DNA from: Octopus vulgaris | Taxonomy: Eukaryota | Reading direction: 5' to 3' | DNA length: 64,000 nt | Assembly (NCBI GenBank): GCA_951406725.2 | Contig: OX597828.1 | Coordinates: 74,400,001-74,464,000 of the forward strand | Shown: positions 54,601 to 64,000 of the stretch, piece by piece | Numbering within the stretch: position 1 is the stretch's first letter | Layout of the letters: every line of letters starts with the position of its first letter | Position numbers and translations under genes: made by a program | Notes under the pieces: generated by a model | What the model was told of the DNA's origin: nothing | Databases searched by the model: none | Seen by the model: only the letters and a program-made list of their open reading frames with translations

Positions 54601-57600
54601 ACCTTGGAGGATGGCAATGGGGGCGCTAATAGACCTGGCTGGTTCTATGCACAGCAATGCCTTTGAGCTTGCTAACCTGGGGTAACCCCACCCCTATCAG
54701 GCAAGCGCACAGAGAGAGAGAGAGAGAGAGAATGTTTACGTATTTTGAAGAGTGTTTAGCTAAAAACAGCAACATTTGTTGATATTCTTGCACTCTCAAA
54801 GAGGAGCGGAATAAAAGTTACATTGTTTGCAAAAGCAGGTATGGGTTAACAACAGTAAAAGCATCCAGTTGTAAAATATAGACCTTAGTCTATACTACTC
54901 TAACCCATTGCAGTGTGGCAATGTGCTGCTGGCATGAAAATTGCAACCAGTACACTTTGTAAAGTGATTGGCATTAAGGGCATCCAGCTACAGACACCAC
55001 CATGCCAAAGCAGACATTGGAACTCGATGTGGGCTGCTGCTTGTCATTTCTTTTCAAACCATCCAAGTCATGCCAGCATAAAAAAAAGGGTGTTAAATGA
55101 TGATCTCTCTCCGATTGTGTGTGTTCATTTTGCAAGTGTTTCTTCTGTCTTTCTGCAGGTCAGAAAGTTTCCTATCGGCATTCAGTCAGTTAAGGTCAGG
55201 TTATTGCCCTTATCTATACGTCTGTACGCACCAGTTCACTGTGCTCTTCAAAAGGACGAAGACTTCAAAGAATGACTCCACCCTCTCAGCAGTTCTTACT
55301 CCGACAACTCGAGGACTCCGGGAAGCTCTGAAAAAGGAAGGTGTGTGGTTTCATAAGTCCTTATTGTCGAAGTTTGTGATATTTATGTGTGGGCATCGGG
55401 CATGGCTGTGTGGTTAGGGAGCGTGCTTCCTAGCTACATGGTTTTGGGTTCAGTCCCACCGCGTGGCACTTTGGGCAAGTGTCTTCTGCTATAGCCCCAG
55501 GCTGACCAAAGCTTTGTGATTGAATTTGGTAGGCGTGTAAGTACTTGTGCCTCTCCGAAAGAGAGAGAGGGACATGATTCTGTCTGGTTGAGAAGTTTGC
55601 TTCTCTGAATGAAGTCTCGTGTGTGCGGTCACATGTACATGGACTGACCCTTGTCTGGGTACCGTATAATTGTTCTAAACGGTTATCCTCATCATATGAA
55701 TGAGGTTGTTTGTGACCAGCATCCCAGTGTTAGTATGTATGTAATGTCTCAATGTCTCCAAGCCCCTCTTTCTGTGGAAAGTGTTTGTCAGTAAGTGTTC
55801 AATTAATGAATTGTAATCTTTCTGTCTGTCTATGCATATATTGGCCAAAATGGAGAGTGCCTCCAGTTATCCATTCCAAATCACCAGCATCCGAAGAGTT
55901 TTATACAATTGTCTCGTCCCATGATGGAAGGTAATCAGAATAGATGTTGACTGATGACAATAGGCCTCATGGAAGTGATGACGAATAAGCAATAAGAAGG
56001 ATGGCAAATGTGCTGTGCTGCAAACTTATCCAACCCACATTGACAGAGAGGAGGCAAATGTTAACTCATTGGTGATAAGGAGGACTTACCACTTGTCCTT
56101 GCTTGGCGAAGATATTTGCAGTTAACCTCGTTGGATATTGCAATCATAATTCCTAGGACTCAGGGGACGGGGCAGTTGCCTGGTTTCCATGGTGCATAAA
56201 ATGACAATAGATCACCACAGAATGGGACACTGGTCTGTTGCTGAGTGGACTGAGGCTATGTGAAAGGAAGTGCTTTGTTAAAGAACACACTATTGTAATA
56301 TGTGGTTTCAACACCCTAACCACTCAGCCACACACCTTGATAGATGATGATTATCTAAGGCGGCGAGCTGGCAGGATGGTTAGCATGCCGGGTGAAATGC
56401 GTAGCTGTTATGTTCTGAGTTGAAATTCCGCCAAGGTCGACTTTGCCTTTCATCCTTTCGGGGTCGATAAATTAAGTACCAGTTACGCACTGGGGATGTT
56501 GTAATCGACTTAATCCATTTGTCTGTCCTTATTTGTCCCCTCTGTTTAGCCCTTGTGGGTAATAAAGAAACAGATGATTATTTAATGTCTGTTGTCCATG
56601 CTAGCATGGGTTGGGCGGCTTGACCAGAGCTGGCCAGCTGGAGCAGGGGTGTGCTGCACCAAGTCCCAGTCTGATTTGACATGGCTCCTTCAGCTTGATG
56701 GCAGTATCTGATTTTTTACATACTCTAAAAATTTTATAAAATATTTTCCTTTCATTTTTTTTTTTTTTTTTTTTGAATTGAAAATATTAAAATTTTGAAA
56801 CCATCTTTTCTAAGTTTATTTTATTTATTCCTTGGCAGGGATTGAATTCAAGATGCCGTGTAATCCAAAAGGCACTGAAAGGACCTCCCTGGAATCTGAA
56901 GACTCCAATATCAGTGGGGGTCCAGTATCTAGAAATTCTAGGTGAGGAGGTGACGATTGATTTCTTATGTAAGGACAACCCCAGGCAGGGGGAAGGGAGA
57001 GAGAGATTGGGTGACATTCATGCCTCTCTTGTTAGCAATTAGCAACAGCTTATTTGAAACAACCACAATGAGTCTTAAGTCCTTGTTTCATATTTACATA
57101 CTAGTGGCCATCTTAGTAGAGGATGTGGTGATATTCATGCCATCCTTGGAATCAAAATTGTGTAAATGAAATGAATGTGGTTACTGCTAAGGATTGAACC
57201 AAGATCCCAAAATTTGACCTTCTACATGTCAAGCTGACCAAGGAATCTATATGGTTGCTCTGTGAAGGCATGTGGTACTGTGGTTAGGTTATTCAACTGC
57301 CAGTTGTAAGGTCATGAGTTCAATTCCTGACGGCACCATGTGTTCTTGAGCAAGACACTTTATTTCACGTTGCTTCAGTTCGCTCTGGTGGCAAAATGAG
57401 TTGTCTGTATTTCAAAGGGGCCAGCTTGATCATACAGTTATGCTGAATCTCCGAGAACTACATGGTGGATGTACTTGTCTGTGGAGTACTCAGCCACTTG
57501 CACATTAATTCATAAATGGGCTGTTCCGTTGATTGGATCAACTGGAACCTTCATAGTCGTAACCTATGAAGTGCTGGTTTATATGGTTGCTCTACCCACG

Positions 57601-59226
57601 AGATATAGCAGTCAAATCTTCCTCATATCTTAACCCACTGTCTTAAAACAAAAAAAAAAAATGTTATTCTAAATAAGTACTATCTGAATTATTGATGGAG
57701 TGGTCATATCTGGAACAATTTTTCTTCAGTTGTTGCATGGATCAGGACTGAACTAGCAACCAGATCTGTTACAGAAAGTGGTGTAGTGCACATCAGCTGA
57801 TGTAGTCCTTGATACACTATGTTGGAAGAGACGAGGTGGTCAAGGCTGGAACTCTCTTCAATTGTAACTCTGGTCACCGGTTCACATCAGTCTTAACCCT
57901 TTCGTTTAATCTTGCCCCTTGATTTCAGTTTGCTCCATGACCTCCTTTGGTGATAAACCATGTCATCTTGGGTGACACAACTCCACTCTCCTGCAGTTAT
58001 TCAGGACAAATCTGTAAGGACCCTGTAAATCAAGCATGGTAACCCTTGTTCCAGAAGCAGGCCGCATGAGACCTGGCTCATTATCTGGTGGGCCAGACTA
58101 CTAAAATTTGAAAGTGATTCATTAGACGACCCACTCAGCCTGGCAGGTTGCCAATGACTGCTGTATACAACCATGATCACAGCCTTTCCCTAAAAAAGAA
58201 AACATTTTGGTGTTTGCTGTCTTACCAGAGTGTAACTCTGGTTATGTCACACCACCCTGCAGATTCTTAACCTGAAGGAGACTGCTTACTGCCTTAAATT
58301 GCCATTTGGGATACTGCATGGTAACAGCAAATTGACCGTGTGGTGGACAAGAAACCAGTTGTGGGGGAAGTAGGAAGAGGCAGTATGTATGGGGGTATAT
58401 ACCCATATATCTGCGGGTATGCATCTGTACTTATACAAGTATGTGTGCTTATATATACATTCACACATCCACGCACACGTGTGTGTAGCCGTAGAAACAC
58501 TGCCAGATCAGACTGGGCCTGATGCAGCCTTCTGGCTTCACAGACCCCAGTTGAACCGTCCAACCCATGCTAGCATGGAAAGCGGATGCTAAATGATGAT
58601 ATATGATGCATTCTCCAAGCGTTTATGGCAATAAAATGCATTTGCCATACAGTAGTTCACTCCCTCCATCAAATCGACATTGCCTGAGCAGCTGCATGGT
58701 ATGCAGTGTGAGATGAAGTACCTTGCTCAAGAGCATAATGCAAAACTCAGTCCAGGAAATGAAAGCTTGATCTTGCAATCCTGTGTCCAGCAACCTTACC
58801 ACTAGGCCATGCGTCTTCACATGCGCACACATCCTCATCATATGTCTCCTTTCCATGCTGGCATGGATAGATGGTTTACCTGGAACTGGTAAGCTGGAGG
58901 GCTGCACTAGATTCCAGTCTGATTTGGCATGGTATCTATGGATGGATGCCTTAACCCCTTAGTGTTCAGATTATTCTATCAAACATAATGCTTGTTGATT
59001 CACATTGATTTGAATTAATCATGCATTATCTCATATCTTCAAGATCTTGATGGTGTAATTACTTAATGTAGAATAACATTGTAGGGTAGGTGTGAGAGCC
59101 TGGATCTGGTCAGTTTGAACATAAAACGGATTAAATATTTTGGCCGGATATGGCCGGTTTAAATACTAAAGGGTTAAATGCCAACCACTGTGACAGTGTA
59201 AAGGGTGCTTCTTACACTACACCAGC

Positions 59227-59263
<37 letters not shown>

Positions 59264-62200
59264 CCCTGTGTTAATGTCTTAAACTTTGAGGCCATATGAG
59301 TAGATATCTATTCACTGAAGGGTTATTTCTCAAAGTGGTTTTGGGACAAATAACAATGACAGAACTCCATGGAAATGTTTGATCTTTGTACAGTGCTGTC
59401 AACTTCAGAAACACCTTCCGACATGGTTCAACTCTTCAGCATTCCCGTTACTCTCTCCGATGTCCTGCTTATTTCCCTATTCATATTGTTTTTAGTGAAT
59501 CATGCATTTATCCTGTTGCTTTTGCTATTTCAATACTCTTTTACTTGTTTCAGTTATTTGACTGGCCATACTGGGGCACCGTCGAACAAATCGACCCCAG
59601 GACTTATTCTTTGTAAGCCTAGTACGTATTCCATCGGTGTCTTTTGCTGAACCGCTAAGTTACGGGGGTGGGGGTGTAAACACCAATATCGGTTATCGAG
59701 CGATTGGGTGGGGGACGAACACAGACACAAGCATATGCACACACGTACATATGTATATATATATATACACGATGGGCTTCTTTCAGTTTCCATCTACCAA
59801 ATCCACTCACATAGCTTTGGTTGGCCCGAGGCTATAGTAGAAGACACTTTACCAAGATGCCATGCTGTGGGGCTGAACCCGGAACCATGTGGTTGGTAAG
59901 CAAGCTACTTACCACACAGTCACTCCTACGCCTATGTGATTGTATTTAGAATGATGTTGCAGGGTAGGTGTGAAAAGCCAGGTCTAGCTTTTTCACTTAA
60001 AACAAGAAGAATATTTGTGTCGGGTTGGGCTGGTTTAAATACCATTCTCTTGTGCAATGATGTCTGAAGACTTTTTTTTTTTTGTTTCTTTTTCTTTTAC
60101 CCCTGAAGTATCGGTTCACATAATTCCTCAGCTGCTGATGACGACGGTGATATTGATGGTGAAGTTGATTTATTTGAAGAGCAAGAGAACACAGTACCGA
60201 GTTCCAACCCTGAAGAGTTGAAACAGAATTTCCAGCCAAATGAAGAAATAGAGGAGGAGGAGGAGGCGGAAGAAGAAGATGGCTTCATAGCAGACGAGGG
60301 TGCTGCTGTGTGGTTAGAAAGTATTGGGCTTGATAAGAAAAACTTCCCTTCATTGAACCCAAACCAGGTCAGGCTGTATCCTTTCCCTTATGTTTTACTC
60401 AGTAAGGGCTGATGTGAAGTGTGATGTCATCACTGCTTCAACCGGGGTTTTACAAGTTTGTTTCTATGAAGGTTGTCAATTACAGATTTAATTCTTTTCT
60501 ATATAGTTAGATTGGATGATCACAGCTGGAGTGTCTTTTGTCATAAATCTGTTCAATCAGTGACTCGGTAATATTACTTCGTAAGGTGACGAGCTGGCAG
60601 TATCGTTAGCATGCAGGGTGAAATGTTTAGTGGTATTTCGTCTGTCTTTACGTCTTGATCAAATTCCGCTGAGAGGTTGAATTAGTGGGGTTCATCCTAT
60701 CGACTGGGCCCCTCCCACAAAGTTTTAGGCCGTGTACCTTAAAGTAGAAAAGAATACTTTTTACGTGTTTGGCAATTATCTCCCTTGAATCTGTTTCAAT
60801 TTTTTTTTAATGTCCGTAATTTGTAAAATAAAAAATGTCGACCAAAGGGAATGTTGGAGGAGGGGGTGGTAATGCCAGTGCCTAATCTCTGACATGGGTA
60901 GAGGAGAGAATGGAGAAACCACAGCTTCTAGAATATTATGAAGCAGAAGATATAATTCTTGGTACCCCAAGTACCAGGTAGTGGTGATGAATTGTGTAGT
61001 TAATCTGAGTTTATGGATTTAGTTTACCATAAACTAATCAACAGTCCTATCTTCTTTATCTAACACTACACTGCCTATGTGTCCTTTGAATTTGACTGCT
61101 ATTTCTTGCAGTTCATCAATCAGGCAAAGGCTTCCCCTAGTAAGCTTGTTATGTGATATAGTTAAGATATCTTCCTTTCTTTACATACCCCCCCCCCCAA
61201 TTATGTAATATGTAGTTTTTCACTCTTGGAATATCTTTGCTGTGTATCGAAGTAGTTTAATGGCTTTAAACCAAACCAGCAAGTTGCTCTCTGGACCTTT
61301 GAAATGTTTGAGATAGTATAGCTTATCTCCCCTTGTTTACTCTGTGTGTTTGGAGAGGCAGCCTTTTCTCTCTTTTTTTCCTCGTTCTCTCCTTATCTCC
61401 CCCCCCTTCCACTCTGTCACTGACTGACTACATCATTGTTTTGGTTGTGAGTCCACTTTGGTTGCTTCTGTGGCAAGACGCACACAGCAGTGTGTAAGTC
61501 GGATGTGTGTGTGTAGGTACACTGGCCTGTGAGCCGAGCCAACTGGGTGTTTTATCATTTGAGAACTGTAGCAGTGGGAGGAAGTGCATTGCCAGGAATA
61601 TACTTACATAACCACATCTGACATCATAATTATCACCTGATGTCTGTTTTTCCATGCTGGCATGGGTTGGATGCTTTCACTGAGAACTGGGAAGCTGCAT
61701 CAGGTTTCAATCTAATTTAACACGGTTCCTCCAGTTCGATGCCCTGCCTAACACCAACCACTCCCAAGAGTGTAGTGGGTGCTTTATATGTGCCACTGGT
61801 ACGGGTGCCTGTTGCAAAACACAGGCGTCCTCACTTGACAGGTCTTCCGAAGCCCATTATATTATTGCCAAGGGTCTCCGTCACTGGCCGCTGCCTCCTT
61901 GAGGTGTTGTCTGATCACTACAATGATATAAATATTGGAACACATGTGGCTGTATAGTTCAGAAGTTTGTCTCCCACCTCTCTCTCTGTTCTCCGTACAT
62001 TGTGTGTGGGTGGGTGGTACTTTTATGCCCCCTCCCCTTGTTATCTCTCCTTTTAATGCCTTTCCCTCATCGCCCTCCAGCTTCTTCACATTTTTCCTTA
62101 ATAAAAGATTTCAGTCGTCGTGAAGGTTTTAAACAGATTGACTGCCGCCCTGAATCGGTGCTAGTCCTAGACCAAGACGTTGACGTCCAAGCCCTGTTTA

Positions 62201-63785
62201 ATTTCCTCCTCAACTGGAGAGCCTGCATCGCTGCTGTTGGTCCACAACATGGCATCCCGCCGACCATTTTATCGCCAAATGCTTTCAAAGGGGCTGCCTT
62301 GAAATCACTGAAGGTAATTTGCAGTTCTTTTTCCCATCCCATGTTAGTTTTGTCCAAGCAGACCCAAGATGAAGGGTCTTAAAGCTGGAACCACATTATC
62401 AAATGTATCCTTCCTTGTAGTTTGGTTGTTATTTTCTTGCTGGTAAATCAACAATCCTTTTTTTTTTTTTTTATCTTTTAGTTGAGAGGAAAGACAGTTT
62501 CCTTCAGCTCTTACAGAACCTCTGATGCTGATGGAAAGAGTGGGGCAAGAAAGAGGGAGTCATCTCCCAGCTGGTGGGGGGGGGGGTCACTTGAATGCCT
62601 GCAAGGTGATGTGGGTGGGGTGAGGTGTCAGATTGGTTGCCAGATTAACTCTTTAGCATTTAAACTGGCCATATCTAGCCAATATATTGTACCTGCTTTA
62701 TGTACAAACTGGCTAGATCTAGCCTCTCACACCTACTTTACAATGTCATTCTGAAAATTATCGTAATTAAATCTCAAAGCTACAAAATTATGTGCGATTA
62801 AATCAAGACAATGTGAATTAACCCTTTTGTTACGAAGCCGGCCAAAACCAGCTCTGGCTCTGTGGTAAAATGTCTTGTTTTCATAAGGTTTGAATTAATA
62901 TATTCCACCAAGCCTTAGTCACAATTTATGTTCCAAACACTAGCTTAATGATAACTAAGTTATTTTACTAAATTCTTTGTTATATTTAAAATAATTGAAA
63001 GAAACACAGAGCATCTCAACAGAAATACAGTAACAAAAGGGTTAATGAGTATTATAGTTGAATAAATAATCTGAATGTTAAAGGGTTAGACTGATTATAT
63101 TCAGCCAAAATATTTACCTGTTCTGTGTTCCAGCCTCTTACACCTACCTTACAAATATTCTAAAAATAAACCATTAACTTTATTCTTTCTTAAAAGATTT
63201 CATAGTGAAGGTTTTAAATGGGTTCCTTGCCATCTTAATATACTATGTCAGAAAATAGGACATGTTTAATATTGTATGTCAAAAGAAAAAAGCACCCTGT
63301 TGTAGTCGAAGATGCGCATGTCAAAATAGATGGACACATTTTATATTGTAGTCCAAGGTATACTGTGTCAGAAAATTGGACGTATTGTATATTGTAGTGC
63401 AAGGCATGCCTCACTTTGGCAGCAATTCTTTTAGTGTTTCTTAATTCTTCCACCTCAGGTAAAACACAGCACAGCCTTACAGAAGGACCGACAGAAAGTC
63501 AGCGTGCTGGAGATGGCTGGACCGATCTTGCCAACACATGTCCAAAGACTGGTCAAGTTGATCCGCCAGACACAAGACCAAAGCTTCACCTTATCTCTTC
63601 ACACTCATGAACCAACGTTAGCGCTTAATGTTCCAACGACACATGCCTCCTCGAATCCGCTTCCTAGCAAAAGCCTAAATAACAAAGTCGGTTCTGCTTT
63701 TTCTTCTACTTCTCTCGTTTCAGCATTTAAACATTCCGTTTCAGACATCACTTGTACTCCTGATGGTTTTCTCTGGTCATCATGA
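44093..63785 (+). CDS. DONSON: Protein downstream neighbor of SON (DONSON / humpty dumpty), replication fork factor; 10 coding exons, 613 aa
   Basis: Join 44093-44383, 47776-47883, 50677-50871, 52501-52613, 53728-53784, 55159-55340, 56839-56941, 60109-60375, 62115-62313, 63459-63785 = 1842 nt. All introns are GT-AG with matching phases and there is no internal stop. DONSON motifs: LPFDWSLK, YWVHPNLPW..FPRI, SDW, CPYLYVCTHQFTVLF, PTTRGLREALKKEGIEF, GPQHGIPPTILSPNAF, LEMAGPILP, HEPT. Confidence 0.95.
47776..47883 (+). CDS. DONSON: DONSON exon 2
   Basis: Pyrimidine tract + CCAG| acceptor; 36 open codons (TNNVKDF...SAEQ); CAG|GTTTG donor; phase 0/0; poorly conserved region. Confidence 0.7.
50677..50871 (+). 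CDS. DONSON: DONSON exon 3
   Basis: CTGCAG| acceptor; DLPFDWSLKLKMRFISSSFDW; donor GTTAGT. Confidence 0.9.
51532..51889. repeat. Fold-back palindrome (~157-bp arms, 1-nt loop at 51689) plus tail, in DONSON intron 3
   Basis: Near-perfect arms; tail CTCGTGTTC.ACATCTCCTTTT shared with 34627. Confidence 0.9.
51906..52279 (-). mobile_element. Non-autonomous Helitron-type element
   Basis: CTAG and hairpin at the left end; CAGACA repeats and TTTATATAGAGAGAGA|T at the right end. Confidence 0.7.
52501..52613 (+). CDS. DONSON: DONSON exon 4
   Basis: TTTTAG| acceptor; LYWVHPNLPWVKIFPRI; donor GTAAGA, phase 2. Confidence 0.92.
53728..53784 (+). CDS. DONSON: DONSON exon 5
   Basis: TTTCCAG| acceptor; SSSSINLGGEVYSSLLSD(W); phase 2/2; supplies the conserved SDW. 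Confidence 0.85.
55159..55340 (+). CDS. DONSON: DONSON exon 6
   Basis: CTGCAG| acceptor; GYCPYLYVCTHQFTVLF...TPTTRGLREALKKE; phase 1 donor. Confidence 0.93.
56839..56941 (+). CDS. DONSON: DONSON exon 7
   Basis: GGCAG| acceptor; (G)IEFKMP...; donor AG|GTGAGG, phase 2. Confidence 0.85.
58955..59173. mobile_element. piggyBac-type MITE with TTAA target duplication
   Basis: TTAA|CCCCTTAGT...ACTAAAGGG|TTAA, inserted in an RTE 3' UTR fragment. Confidence 0.75.
60109..60375 (+). CDS. DONSON: DONSON exon 8 (acidic region)
   Basis: Long T tract + GAAG| acceptor gives the required phase 2; acidic run, then WLESIGL; ends at U12-type donor GTATCCTTT. Confidence 0.85.
60376..62114 (+). other. U12-type (minor spliceosome) GT-AG intron of DONSON
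   Basis: 5' splice site GTATCCTTT; branch site TTCCTTAAT at 62094-62102; no pyrimidine tract between it and the AG at 62113-62114. Confidence 0.9.
62115..62313 (+). CDS. DONSON: DONSON exon 9
   Basis: DCRPESVLVL...ALFNFLLN...GPQHGIPPTILSPNAFKGA; donor AAG|GTAATT. Confidence 0.93.
62649..63085. mobile_element. piggyBac-type MITE carrying a nested TTAA MITE (62822-63041)
   Basis: Outer TTAA|CTCTTTAGCATT...AATGTTAAAGGG; inner TTAA|CCCTTTTGTTAC...GTAACAAAAGGG|TTAA. Confidence 0.75.
63459..63785 (+). CDS. DONSON: DONSON exon 10 (terminal)
   Basis: CTCAG| acceptor; LEMAGPILP...HTHEPT; TGA at 63783-63785. Confidence 0.9.
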   Translation, partial: VKHSTALQKDRQKVSVLEMAGPILPTHVQRLVKLIRQTQDQSFTLSLHTHEPTLALNVPTTHASSNPLPSKSLNNKVGSAFSSTSLVSAFKHSVSDITCTPDGFLWSS

Positions 63786-63814
63786 TGATATTTTGTTAAT
63801 TTTAATTTTTTTGT

Positions 63815-64000
63815 TTGTGGTTTTTAAATTTTTAATATCATTTGATATCGTTTTTTTTTTTTTTTTTTATATCAATTGATATCAATTTCTTTTATTTTTA
63901 ATATCAATTGATATCAATTTCTTTAATTTTTAATATCAATTGATATCAGTTTTTTAATTTTTAATATCAATTGATATCAGTTTTTTAATTTTTAATATCA
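63815..64000 (+). repeat. ~30-bp tandem repeat just after the DONSON stop codon
   Basis: TTTTTAATTTTTAATATCAATTGATATCA unit, about 6 copies, running off the window. Confidence 0.85.

Noticed and set aside
60130-60131. CAG acceptor for DONSON exon 8
   Set aside because: Its phase conflicts with the exon 7 donor and gives an immediate TGA; the AAG at 60106-60108 fits.
63815-64000. CRISPR-like palindromic repeat array
   Set aside because: No unique spacers, eukaryotic context, no cas genes.

Overview
AT-rich, repeat-dense animal genomic DNA, not prokaryotic. The SINE/LINE repertoire and huge (TA)n tracts suggest a cephalopod, probably Octopus (inference). One complete host gene is supported: DONSON (+, 10 coding exons, 44093-63785, 613 aa), with E2F- and ZNF143-like promoter motifs and a U12-type intron (60376-62114). 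The first 43 kb is mostly degraded mobile DNA: CR1-group and RTE LINEs, a Tc1 element, Helitron-type non-autonomous elements, MITEs, tRNA-derived SINEs, and one U6 snRNA copy. The most notable hidden signal is about ten type I hammerhead ribozyme motifs from several families. They have palindromic helix III, and several have very long helix II domains or a CCGA core. They sit in Penelope-like terminal repeats that insert into (TA)n and often form fold-back inverted repeats. Most ORFs in the track are microsatellite artefacts. All folding and alignment was done by eye.
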